Below are positions 38,717 through 50,555 of a DNA stretch of 64,000 nucleotides, piece by piece. Position 1 is the first letter of the stretch. Each line of letters begins with the position of its first letter. A model generated the notes under the pieces. That model ran no database searches, was not told where the DNA came from, and saw nothing but the letters and a program-made list of their open reading frames with translations. Source of the DNA: Polyangiales bacterium (GTDB taxonomy: Bacteria > Myxococcota_A > Polyangia > Polyangiales > Polyangiaceae); NCBI GenBank assembly GCA_038230375.1, contig JBBRNJ010000043.1, positions 10,435-74,434 of the forward strand. Direction: 5' to 3'. Both the position numbers and the translations under genes were made by a program.

Positions 38717-39393
38717 GACCGCTCCCCGAAGATGGCCGTGCCGACGCGCACGAAGGTGGACCCAGCCTTGATGGCGAGCTCGAGATCGTCGCTCATGCCC
38801 ATGGATAGCTCGGGAAGTCGCGCGGGCCCGCCGTGGGCATTCCGCAACGCGACCAGGCCCTCGAACGCGCGCAGCGTCGCAGCGTCGTCGTCCGCGGGGG
38901 GCATGGTCATGAGCCCTTGCAGCGTGAGAGTCCGCACGGACTCGATCGCGGAGAGCAGCACGGCAACCTGGTCGGGGGGCGCGCCGTGCTTCTGCGACTC
39001 TCCGGATACGTTGACCTCGCAGAGCGCGCGCATCGTGCGGCCGTACGCCGTGAGGCGCTTGTCGAGCTCGCGCACCAGGTCTGGTTTGTCCACCGTGTGG
39101 ATCACGTGCGCGACCTTCGCGACGACCTTCGCCTTGTTCGTCTGCAGGTGGCCGATGAAGTGCCACTCGATGTCGGAGAGGTCCGCGAGCTCCGCGGCCT
39201 TCTGCTCCAGCTCCTGCGCGTAGTTCTCACCGAACGCGCGCTGCCCTGCGGCGTACGCGTCGCGGATGTCGTTCGCGGGCTTCGTCTTCGACACCGCAAG
39301 GAGCTTCACCGTGCCTGCCACGCGGCCCGACTTCTGCGCCGCCGCTTCGATGCGCGCGCGCACGTCCGCAAGTCGCTGCGCGATGCCGCTCAT
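38713..39393 (-). CDS. yggS: YggS family PLP homeostasis protein
   Basis: LLAVSK, FGENYAQE, WHFIGHLQTNK, LSMGMS.D, VRVGTAIFG. Confidence 0.96.
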   Translation of the reverse strand: MSGIAQRLADVRARIEAAAQKSGRVAGTVKLLAVSKTKPANDIRDAYAAGQRAFGENYAQELEQKAAELADLSDIEWHFIGHLQTNKAKVVAKVAHVIHTVDKPDLVRELDKRLTAYGRTMRALCEVNVSGESQKHGAPPDQVAVLLSAIESVRTLTLQGLMTMPPADDDAATLRAFEGLVALRNAHGGPARLPELSMGMSDDLELAIKAGSTFVRVGTAIFGERS

Positions 39394-40184
39394 GACTTCC
39401 TTGCGCGGCGCGCGTGGACGACCATCACGTCGCTCTCCTGCGTGAGCGGTCCGCCCTGGAAATCTCCCTCGATCGTGACGACGCGGAAGCCCGCCTCTTC
39501 CAGGAAGACCTGCCACTCCTCCGGGTAGAACTGCCGGTGCGCGAGCGGCGTCATCACGGTGTCGCCGCTCTTCGGGGTGAAGAACATGGAGATGAAGAGG
39601 ATCTGCCTGACGCGGTCATAGTCGAAGATCTCCTCGTACTTCACGCGACCGAGCGTGGGGTGGTTGAAGGGCGGCGCGCCGTACTTGCGCTGCGCAGAGC
39701 GAGCAAGGTCTCGGGGGACGGGCAGCGACAGGTCGCAGATGAACGTGCCGCCCGGCATCAGGTGACTCGTGACAACGCGAAGGAAGCCGCGCACGTCGCT
39801 CCGCGTGTAGAGGTGCAGCGCCGTGTTGAACGGGCAGATCACGAGCGGGAACTTTCGGCCCAGCGAGACCTTGCGGATGTCGCCGCGCACGAAGGCCACG
39901 CGCTCACGGACCTCGCGCGGCTCGTCGCGGAGGCGTCGCCGTAGATCGGCGAGCATTTCCCTGGAGTGGTCGACGCCGATGACCGAGATTCCGTGACGCG
40001 CCAGCGGGAGCGCGATGCGACCATTGCCAACGCCGAGCTCCAGCACGGGCCCACCGCTCTTGCAGGCGAGCTCCACGTAGCGCGCGACGTCCTCGATGCG
40101 CGTGCGATAGGTGTGCGTGTAGTACGCCGCGTCCGTGTAGTGGGCGCGCGAACCAGCGTCGAGCTCGCGATCTATGCGAGCCAC
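39390..40184 (-). CDS. Class I SAM-dependent methyltransferase
   Basis: VLELGVGNGR, GVDHS.EML, GDIR, HLMPGG. Confidence 0.9.
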   Translation of the reverse strand: MARIDRELDAGSRAHYTDAAYYTHTYRTRIEDVARYVELACKSGGPVLELGVGNGRIALPLARHGISVIGVDHSREMLADLRRRLRDEPREVRERVAFVRGDIRKVSLGRKFPLVICPFNTALHLYTRSDVRGFLRVVTSHLMPGGTFICDLSLPVPRDLARSAQRKYGAPPFNHPTLGRVKYEEIFDYDRVRQILFISMFFTPKSGDTVMTPLAHRQFYPEEWQVFLEEAGFRVVTIEGDFQGGPLTQESDVMVVHARRARKS

Positions 40185-40191
40185 ATGCCTC

Positions 40192-40434
40192 TCAGAAGAG
40201 GCCGGCCTTGCGCTGCGCCTCGATCCACTCGTCGACCACGTCGTTCGTGTCGCGCTCGAAGTGGACCTTGCCGGCCGCGATCTCGCGGAGGGCAGTGACG
40301 GCGGGCTTGTTCTTGGAGTGAACAAGGGGGTGCGCGCCCTTCATGAGCTGACGCGTGCGGTTGGCGGCCAGGAGCACCAGGGCGAAACGGTTCTCTTCAC
40401 GCTCGAGGCAATCTTCGACTGTGACGCGCGCCAT
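40192..40434 (-). CDS. rpoZ: RNA polymerase omega subunit
   Basis: [20 protein letters not shown]...[11 protein letters not shown]. Confidence 0.97.
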   Translation of the reverse strand: MARVTVEDCLEREENRFALVLLAANRTRQLMKGAHPLVHSKNKPAVTALREIAAGKVHFERDTNDVVDEWIEAQRKAGLF

Positions 40435-40572
40435 GGTGCAAGCTCCTTACGAACCTCGATGCGACAACATGCGAGGCGATCCGTTGGGATCGATTGGGGG
40501 AAGAAGGAGTTAGTCGCCCTCGCGAGATTCCGCAAGCAAGTCGTCCCGCGCTGAGGTAAGACCACTGAAAGC

Positions 40573-41262
40573 ATGTTCCGTCCTCGTATCCTCCTCGTGC
40601 GTCACGGCGAGACCGAGGACAACAAGAACCGCATCTTCCAGGGCCAGAAGGGCAGCGGCTTGAACGATCTCGGTCGCGAGCAAGCCCGCAGGCTCGCCGC
40701 GCGGCTGGCCCCCGTCAAGATCACCGCCGTCTTCGCCTCCGATCTTGCCCGCGCCGTGGAGACGGCAGAGATCGTCGCGGCTCCTCATGCGCTCGCAGTG
40801 ACCACCAAGGTGGAGCTTCGCGAGGTGGACGTGGGCGCGTGGTCTGGCCTCCCGTACGACGCCGTCCAGGAAAAATTCCCCGAGGAGTACGGGGCGTGGC
40901 GGAGCGGGCTCGACATTCGCCGCGGTGGGGGCGAGACGTACGACGAGCTCGCCGCGCGCATGATGAAGGTCCTCGGCTCGATCAGCGCTGTCGTGTCGGG
41001 CACCCCCGATGGGCTGGCGTTGTGCGTCTCCCACGGCGGCGCCATCCGCAGCGTCATTCGCACCCTCGTCGGCCACGGTAGCCACCCGCGCGCGCTCGCC
41101 GCAGCCGACAACACCAGCGTGACGCTTCTTGAGTACGAGAAGCAGCACGAGCAGCAGCACGAAGAGCACCACCAGAAGCAGGAACTCTCGTTCCGCGTCG
41201 CGGTCTACAACGACACCAACCACCTAGAGGACGCCGTCCGAGCACGCGTCCCCACCCGCTGA
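40573..41262 (+). CDS. Histidine phosphatase family protein
   Basis: VRHGET, SDL.RA.ETA, LRE..G.W.G, GGE, SHGG. Confidence 0.93.
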   Translation: MFRPRILLVRHGETEDNKNRIFQGQKGSGLNDLGREQARRLAARLAPVKITAVFASDLARAVETAEIVAAPHALAVTTKVELREVDVGAWSGLPYDAVQEKFPEEYGAWRSGLDIRRGGGETYDELAARMMKVLGSISAVVSGTPDGLALCVSHGGAIRSVIRTLVGHGSHPRALAAADNTSVTLLEYEKQHEQQHEEHHQKQELSFRVAVYNDTNHLEDAVRARVPTR

Positions 41263-41278
41263 ACCCCAGGAGAGCGCC

Positions 41279-41946
41279 ATGGCCTACGTCCTCACGATTG
41301 CAAACTACAACTATTCCTCGTGGTCACTCCGGCCGTGGATCGTGATCCGCCAGGTCGGCATCGCCGTGGAAGAGCACGTGCTGGATCTCGCAGGCCCGGG
41401 GCTGGCCACGCCTGGCGTCGCGGAGGCCTCGCCCTCGGGCCGGGTCCCCGTGTTCGACGTGGACGGCAACAAGGTCTGGGAGTCGCTCGCCATCTGCGAG
41501 CTGATCTCGGAGCTGTTCCCCAGCCAGCAGCTCTGGCCGAAGGATCGCTACAGGCGCGCGAACGCCCGCGCCGTGGCCACCGAGATGGTCGCCGGCTTCT
41601 CCGCGCTGCGCTCTGCCATGCCCATGAACATCCGCGCGCGCCGCAAGCACGGTGAGCTCGACCCCGCCGTGAAGAAGGACGTCGATCGCGTGAAGCGCAT
41701 CTGGAACGACTGCCTCAACGTGTCTGGCGGTCCGTACCTCTACGGCTTGTTCTCCATCGCGGATGCGATGTACGCGCCCGTCGTCAGTCGCTTCCGGAGC
41801 TACGGCGTGGACACGGACCCCACGTGCACGGCGTACATGAAGAGCATCGAGAACCTGCCCGCCATGAAGGCCTGGGCAGAGCGCGCGGCCGCGGAGAAGC
41901 ACCGCGTGCCCGAGTACGAGGCGATCGCCGAAGCCCTCCCGGCCCA

Positions 41947-41950
<4 letters not shown>
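41279..41950 (+). CDS. Glutathione S-transferase family protein
   Basis: NYSSWSLRPW, SPSGRVP, WESLAI, FSIADAMYAPV. Confidence 0.93.
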
Positions 41951-44796
<2,846 letters not shown>

Positions 44797-44914
44797 AGCC
44801 TGAAACAAGGCCAGAACTGCAGCGGCGGGCAAAATGAAAGTCCGTTTCAAAATTTGAACGTCACGTTTCATACGCTGCGCCTCTCGAGCAGCGCGGGTCC
44901 TGTAGAATCGGCGG

Positions 44915-45973
44915 ATGTCGTCACCCTATCGCGCGAGCGGGCCGCTTCCGGAGGCGACGCGCGAGCCCACGCGCGCGCGGCTGGGGCTTTTGGTCGGCGC
45001 GGTCGGCGCGCTTCTCTGCTTTGGCTCGCTGATGCACGCGTACCTCGGGTCGTTCTCGGTCGGAAATAGCACTGCGCTCAGCGTGGGAGCCGCGATCGTC
45101 AGCGTGGCGCTGGTATATGCGTCGCTCGATGCGCCGTCCGGGCGCGCGCTCCTCATTCCGTCCGCCGCCGTGTTCGCGGCGACCTTCGTGATGCGGCCCA
45201 TGGGCAGCGCCGCTCCAGAGCTCTTCATGCGCACGTGGGTCTGGCCCGCTCGCTACTTCGCGGTGACTGGCCTGGCCGCGGGCCTGCTCTTGCGTCTTCG
45301 GCGCTCGCGTCCGGGTGCCTCTGGCGCATTCCTGCGACTCGCAGCGATCGTCGGCGCGTGGTGGGGCCTTTCGTGGATGGCGTCGTGGGTGTGGAGCGGC
45401 GCCGATCACTCCGCGCGTGCGGAGGCGCTGTCACGCGTGTGCTACCTGCTCCTTGCGCTCGGCATGCTGGACACGCGGCGATACGTGGGAATTGCGCCGC
45501 TCGAAGCGCCCGCTCGCACGCCCGACGATCTCGCGCGCGAGATGGCCACCACACGCATCTGCCTTGCTGCCCTTTCGCTGGCGGTGACATTCGCGGCACC
45601 GAAAGAGCCCTGGAGCTCACGCTGGGCAGTGCTGGCAACGGCGGAGACGGTGGGCGCGGGGGCGCTGTTCTTGCTGCACGCCAGATGGCTGCTTCGAACG
45701 CGCCACGTTCTTGCGGCCGCACTGTCGATGCTCACGTCCGTGCTCGCGGTCTGGACCGCCGTCCTGGCGTTCGATGCGCACACGGGCCCGCTGCCAGCTG
45801 TGGCGATCTGCTGCTTCGGCGCCGGCGCGCTCATCGTGGATGGAAGCATTGCCCACTTCGTCCGGCCGTCACGTCTCACGGACATGCGTGCAGCGAAGCC
45901 AGCGTTCATCCTGGCCTGCGGCGCGATCGGTCTACGCGTGCTGTCGCTCGCCGTCGCGCTCCGAGCGGAGTAG
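44915..45973 (+). CDS. Hypothetical polytopic membrane protein
   Basis: Many hydrophobic segments; N-terminal SPYR motif. Confidence 0.65.
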   Translation: MSSPYRASGPLPEATREPTRARLGLLVGAVGALLCFGSLMHAYLGSFSVGNSTALSVGAAIVSVALVYASLDAPSGRALLIPSAAVFAATFVMRPMGSAAPELFMRTWVWPARYFAVTGLAAGLLLRLRRSRPGASGAFLRLAAIVGAWWGLSWMASWVWSGADHSARAEALSRVCYLLLALGMLDTRRYVGIAPLEAPARTPDDLAREMATTRICLAALSLAVTFAAPKEPWSSRWAVLATAETVGAGALFLLHARWLLRTRHVLAAALSMLTSVLAVWTAVLAFDAHTGPLPAVAICCFGAGALIVDGSIAHFVRPSRLTDMRAAKPAFILACGAIGLRVLSLAVALRAE

Positions 45974-45988
45974 CGCTATAACCGTGGC

Positions 45989-46738
45989 ATGTCCGACTGG
46001 AAGCACTCCACACGATCTGCGCTTGCTGCGTCCTTGCTCGCCGCGCTCGCCGCGTGCTCCAGCTCCACCACCCCCACGGGCGGTGCGGCGTCGGATGGTG
46101 GCGACGGCACGGACATCGGGGATGGCGGCGGCGGTGGCGGCACCATGTGCACGTCTGCGCGCAACCAGCTGCTCGCGCCGCTGGCGAAGACGTCCAAGGG
46201 CGCGGTCACCGTGGTCTCCACGTCTGGCGCAACGAAGGTCGTGTACGTGGATGCCTCGGCCGGCGGGGTGAACGGGTCCGCGCCGCGCGTCTACGTCAAC
46301 CTGGACACCGTGACGCGCGTGGACCTCACGGACACCGCGGCGTTCACGTCCGCGGACTGGGATCTTGCGCTGAAGCGCACCACCCTCTACACGAACTCGG
46401 GCGACGCGGGCATTGGCATGGGCGGCGCGCAGCAGGTGGGAAAGGCGTTCGCGTCCGTCACTGCCGCGGACGCGACCAAGGTCGTCGCAGAGACTTTCTT
46501 CGACGACATGTGCACCGCCAAGACCGACCCCATTGGCGCGCCGCTGTCGGCGTTCAGTGACTGGTACGACTACGACATGGCCACCAACATCCCCACGCCC
46601 AAGACGAACGTCACGTACATCGTTCGTGGCGGCACGGGGAAGCTCTTCAAGGTCGCCATCACCAGCTACACGGGCCTCGCGGACGGCGGCACCGGTACGG
46701 CCACCGGCTTCTTCCTGCTGAACGTGGCCGCGCTGTGA
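45989..46738 (+). CDS. HmuY family heme-binding lipoprotein
   Basis: Lipobox LAAC, YVNLD, DWDLALKR..LYTNSG, WYDYD, YIVR...K.AITSY. Confidence 0.8.
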   Translation: MSDWKHSTRSALAASLLAALAACSSSTTPTGGAASDGGDGTDIGDGGGGGGTMCTSARNQLLAPLAKTSKGAVTVVSTSGATKVVYVDASAGGVNGSAPRVYVNLDTVTRVDLTDTAAFTSADWDLALKRTTLYTNSGDAGIGMGGAQQVGKAFASVTAADATKVVAETFFDDMCTAKTDPIGAPLSAFSDWYDYDMATNIPTPKTNVTYIVRGGTGKLFKVAITSYTGLADGGTGTATGFFLLNVAAL

Positions 46739-48129
46739 TTCGCGCTCGCGTCGCCGTCGGGTTCGCGTTTGCGATCGGCGTGTCCATGCTGCCTCGGGTG
46801 GCGCATGCGATTGCATGCAGCGGCCGGCCCACGGACTCCGGCGGATTCGGCGGCTACGACTACGGGACCGACATGGTGAAGACCTACGACACCGCGCTCG
46901 TCCGCGTGCATTATGCACTCACCGGAAAGCACGCGCCCGCGCAGGCCACCACGCGCGGGGACGGCGTCCCCGACACGGTCGCGTTCGCGGGCGACACGGG
47001 CCAGGACGCGCTCACGAAGTATGCGCAGATGGGCTTCCTGGCGCCGCCCGCAGACACGGACTGCAATTCGAATGGCGGCGATCAGCGCCTCGACATCTAC
47101 CTGGTCGCGTTCGCGGGTGCGGACGGCACCACCACGCCGGAGAACTGCGCCGGCCCCGTCTGTGGCTCGTTCGTCCTCTCGGAGAGCACATTTGCCGGAC
47201 GCGGCTACGCGAACGCGCAAGAAGGCTTCAAGACGGTGATCACGCACGAGCTGTTTCATACAGTGCAGAATGCATACGACTCGCAGATGGATCGCTTCTG
47301 GGCAGAGGGCACCGCGCAGTGGGCCATGAAGACGCTGCATCCGGAGCTCCCCGACTTCGAGAATCAGCTCCCTGACTTCTTCGCGCACCCGGACCACTCG
47401 CTCGACGCGCTGCCCAGCGGCGCGGTCGCCGGCTATCTCTACGGCTCTGCGGTGTGGCCGCTCTTCCTCACGCTCACCCAGGGCGACGGCACTGTGAAGG
47501 CGATCCTCGAGAAGCAGGCCGGAGGCAAGGCGAAGTCGATGGACGCGGCGAACGTCGTGCTCACGGCGAAGGGTTCGTCGGTCGGGCAGGCATTCATGCT
47601 GTTCTCCGCATGGAACGCCGCCACGAAGAGCCCAGCTCCGATCGCCGGCCAGGGGTATCCGAACGCCGCGACGTATCCCGGCGTGAAGAAGGCTGCGCTC
47701 GCGGACGGCGTCACGGGGATCACGTCGGGGTACTCGTCGTATGCGTACATCGGCACGCTCGACGCGCCCACGACCCTCTCGCTCACCACGGACGCCACGC
47801 GCAACGCGGGCCTGCTCGTGCCGATCACCGCGGACGGGAAGGCAGACCTCGGGAACGCCAAGCCGCTTCCGGCAACGGGCAGCGGACAGGTGCTCGTCGT
47901 CGTCGCGGGTATCACCACCAAGAAGACGGACGGGCCGTTCACGCTCGCGTACTCGGCTCCCTCGGAAGGCGACGCCGGTCCCGGGGCGCCAGGCCCTGAA
48001 AAAACTGGTGGATGCGCGGTCTCCGCGCGTTCCGAGCCGATGGATCTCGGAGGCCTCTTTGGCGCCGCGCTCGTCCCGATCGCGCTCGTGCCATTCATGC
48101 GCCGCATGCGCCGCGCTCGCCGCGCCTGA
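46735..48129 (+). CDS. Secreted zinc metalloprotease (MXAN_6640-like) with MYXO-CTERM-like anchor
   Basis: RVHY...G.HA, DGVPD, HELFHTVQNAY, EGTA.W, C-terminal GGCAV + TM + Arg tail. Confidence 0.82.
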   Translation: MIRARVAVGFAFAIGVSMLPRVAHAIACSGRPTDSGGFGGYDYGTDMVKTYDTALVRVHYALTGKHAPAQATTRGDGVPDTVAFAGDTGQDALTKYAQMGFLAPPADTDCNSNGGDQRLDIYLVAFAGADGTTTPENCAGPVCGSFVLSESTFAGRGYANAQEGFKTVITHELFHTVQNAYDSQMDRFWAEGTAQWAMKTLHPELPDFENQLPDFFAHPDHSLDALPSGAVAGYLYGSAVWPLFLTLTQGDGTVKAILEKQAGGKAKSMDAANVVLTAKGSSVGQAFMLFSAWNAATKSPAPIAGQGYPNAATYPGVKKAALADGVTGITSGYSSYAYIGTLDAPTTLSLTTDATRNAGLLVPITADGKADLGNAKPLPATGSGQVLVVVAGITTKKTDGPFTLAYSAPSEGDAGPGAPGPEKTGGCAVSARSEPMDLGGLFGAALVPIALVPFMRRMRRARRA

Positions 48130-48154
48130 CACCGCACGGCCAAGAATCGCCGAT

Positions 48155-48171
48155 TTGACACTGCCTTTACA
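48155..48171 (+). promoter_or_regulatory. Candidate OmpR-family operator TTGACA-N5-TTTACA
   Basis: Direct repeat with 11-bp period 35 nt upstream of the sensor kinase; a similar box lies at 50488-50504. Could also be a -35 element. Confidence 0.45.
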
Positions 48172-48206
48172 AATGGGGTGAGGTCCGCCGGCTAGGCTGA
48201 CTGTCA

Positions 48207-49796
48207 GTGTCGCTCCTTGCATCACGCCCTTCGCGTCCCGTCGTGGCTGCGTTCGCGTTGCTCGGCGCGGGCGCGGCATGCCTCCTCGCGTCGATGTGGC
48301 TCGGGAGCGGCGAGCCCCCGCCCGCACGACAGGGCGATGCGTCGAAGGTCCTCGCGGCGTTCGTTGCGCACGAGCCCGCGGCGCTCGAGGTCGATCTCGC
48401 GGCCCGGTATGGCGGACGGCGGGAGCTCCTCGATCCGCGAAGAACGCTGCCGACGTGGCACAAGCACCTGCCGACCGACGCCGTCGCCACGTACAAGGCG
48501 ATCCGGGACTGCAGCGAGCCGAGCGTGTTCGTCGCGGATCCGGAGCTCGCAAAGGCCATCGACTGGCACGCCGCAAGCTGCGCCCACACGGCGCGAGAGC
48601 TCGCATCGCTCGCCGAGCACCCGCCCTTCATGCATCCCACGGGCAGCTCGTACGCGTACCTCCTCACCAATGAGGCGCCGCGTCCAGCGGAGGCGTGGCT
48701 CGCCGCGAACAAACGCGCGTTCCACGTCCTGGAGCTGCGAGAGCTCCCACCAGCGCTGCTCGCCCCGGATGAACGCGCGCTTTCGGAGCTTCCGCCCGCC
48801 GCGTTCTCACGCATCCTCGAGGGGGACACGACGGTCCTCTCGAATGCATGGATGATACATGCATCGCGCGACCAGTATGGACCTACGAAGCTCGTGTTCC
48901 GACATCGCGATGATTGGGATGCCTTCGCTTCCCGCGCAGGCGTGACCCTGGTCGCGGGGGCCTCCGCATGCGCCGACGCAGAGACGCCCGTGCTCTGCTG
49001 GCACACCGAGCCCGTGTCCGCGTCGCGGCGAAGCGGCGTGCGTGCGCTGCTCCTTGGCGGCGCGGCGCTCGGGATGCTCGGGATCGCGCTGCTCGTGGCG
49101 CTGGTCGTGCGTGCGCGTCGTGAGGCCGAGCGTGAGCGCGTGTTCCTGCTTCGCACGCTGACCCACGAGCTGCGCAGCCCGGTGACGGCGATGCGCCTGG
49201 ACGTCGAGCCGCTGCGTGCGTCGTTCGACGCGCTGCCGGAGGACTGTCAGGAGCCGCTGCTCCGACTCTCGGAAGGCATCGAGCGGCTGTCACGCGTGCT
49301 CGAGGTGACAGGGCGTGCGCTCTCGCTCTTCGATTCGCGCGTCGAGAAGCGCGCATCCCCGATCGCTGCGCGCATCGTTCCGTCAGTGAACGCATACTTC
49401 GAGGAGCTGACCGGTGAGTGGCCAGAGGACGTCGTGCTCGATCTGCCTGCGGAGGACCACGCGTTCACGACCGACCCGGACTGGCTCCGCGTCGCCGTGA
49501 AGAACCTGGTCGAGAACGCCGCAAAGCATGGCGAGAGCCCCATCCGCGTCAGCGTGCGCGTGAGCGGTCGCGAAGGAAAGAGCGAGCTCTGTGTGCGCGT
49601 GCAGGATCAGGGCAAGACGCCCGACCTCACGCTCGCAGACGCGGTGCGTCCGTTCACGAAGGGTGATCGCAGCTCGGGGCTTGGTCTTGGGCTCTCGCTC
49701 GTGCAACGGATCGTCGAAAGGCAAGGCGGGCGCTTGCGCCACGAGCCGGATCCGACGACATTCGAGCTTCGCATGCCGCAGGGGAAGGATCGATGA
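48207..49796 (+). CDS. Sensor histidine kinase, VxrA/DUF3404-like periplasmic domain
   Basis: Two TM helices; periplasmic PPFMHPTGSSYAY with cysteines; THELRSP; NLVENAAKHG; GLGLGL. Confidence 0.88.
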   Translation: MSLLASRPSRPVVAAFALLGAGAACLLASMWLGSGEPPPARQGDASKVLAAFVAHEPAALEVDLAARYGGRRELLDPRRTLPTWHKHLPTDAVATYKAIRDCSEPSVFVADPELAKAIDWHAASCAHTARELASLAEHPPFMHPTGSSYAYLLTNEAPRPAEAWLAANKRAFHVLELRELPPALLAPDERALSELPPAAFSRILEGDTTVLSNAWMIHASRDQYGPTKLVFRHRDDWDAFASRAGVTLVAGASACADAETPVLCWHTEPVSASRRSGVRALLLGGAALGMLGIALLVALVVRARREAERERVFLLRTLTHELRSPVTAMRLDVEPLRASFDALPEDCQEPLLRLSEGIERLSRVLEVTGRALSLFDSRVEKRASPIAARIVPSVNAYFEELTGEWPEDVVLDLPAEDHAFTTDPDWLRVAVKNLVENAAKHGESPIRVSVRVSGREGKSELCVRVQDQGKTPDLTLADAVRPFTKGDRSSGLGLGLSLVQRIVERQGGRLRHEPDPTTFELRMPQGKDR

Positions 49797-50491
49797 GCCG
49801 CATCCTTGTCGTGGAGGACGACGTCGCGATCGCCACGTCGCTGCGCGAGCTGCTCGTGCGTGATGGACACGACGTCACCGTTGCGAAGACCATCGCGGAG
49901 GCGCATCAGGCGCTCACGCCCGACATCGAGCTCGTGTTGCTGGACTGGATGCTGCCCGATGGCCAGGGCGTGGATGCCCTGCGTGCGTGGCGCAAGCATA
50001 CGGACGTGCCGGTGATCCTCGTCACCGCGCGCGCGGACCTCGTCGATCGCGTCGTGGGCCTCGAGATCGGCGCGGACGACTACGTCACGAAGCCCTTCGA
50101 GGGGCGCGAGCTCACGGCGCGCATCAAGGCGCGACTGCGCGGGCGCGCGAAGGGACCGGAGGCGCCAGAGACCCTCGCTCGCGACGGCGTCACGGTCGAC
50201 CTTGCCGCGCGTGAGGTCCAGTTCCGCGGCGCCAAGGTGGAACTGACGCGCATGGAGTTTGGTCTCTTGCGGCTGCTCATGGAGAACCCCACGCGCGTCT
50301 TCACCCGCGAGGAGCTGCTGAATCGCGTCTGGGGATACGAGCGCGCGCCAACAACGCGCACGGTGGACGCGCATGTCCTTGCCCTGCGAACCAAGCTCGA
50401 TTCCGCGCTCATCGTGTCCGTACGCGGCATTGGCTACCGCTTCCGTCCCGCGCCTCTGCCCATGGACCCATCCGAGGGGAGCAAGGATTGA
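49793..50491 (+). CDS. OmpR-family response regulator (VxrB-like by context)
   Basis: VEDD, LD.MLPD, GADDYVTKPF, winged helix TRTVDAH..LR.KL, VRGIGY. Confidence 0.95.
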   Translation: MSRILVVEDDVAIATSLRELLVRDGHDVTVAKTIAEAHQALTPDIELVLLDWMLPDGQGVDALRAWRKHTDVPVILVTARADLVDRVVGLEIGADDYVTKPFEGRELTARIKARLRGRAKGPEAPETLARDGVTVDLAAREVQFRGAKVELTRMEFGLLRLLMENPTRVFTREELLNRVWGYERAPTTRTVDAHVLALRTKLDSALIVSVRGIGYRFRPAPLPMDPSEGSKD

Positions 50492-50504
50492 CCGTGACTT
50501 CACG
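50488..50504 (+). promoter_or_regulatory. Candidate operator TTGACC-N5-TTCACG
   Basis: Same 11-bp period as 48155-48171, upstream of the SD (AAGGAGG) of the next gene. Confidence 0.35.
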
Positions 50505-50555
50505 CACTGAACATTTCTTTTTGTCATTGTCAGCCCTGCCACAAGGAGGCTCCCA

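Noticed and set aside
38717..39166. Long N-terminus of the DUF2723 ORF
   Set aside because: It is an alternative frame of yggS; the GTGA overlap at 38716 gives a natural start.
41135..41185. EKQHEQQHEEHHQKQE insert in the histidine phosphatase as a metal-binding site
   Set aside because: Most simply a short degenerate 12-bp repeat expansion in a loop; nothing else supports a function.
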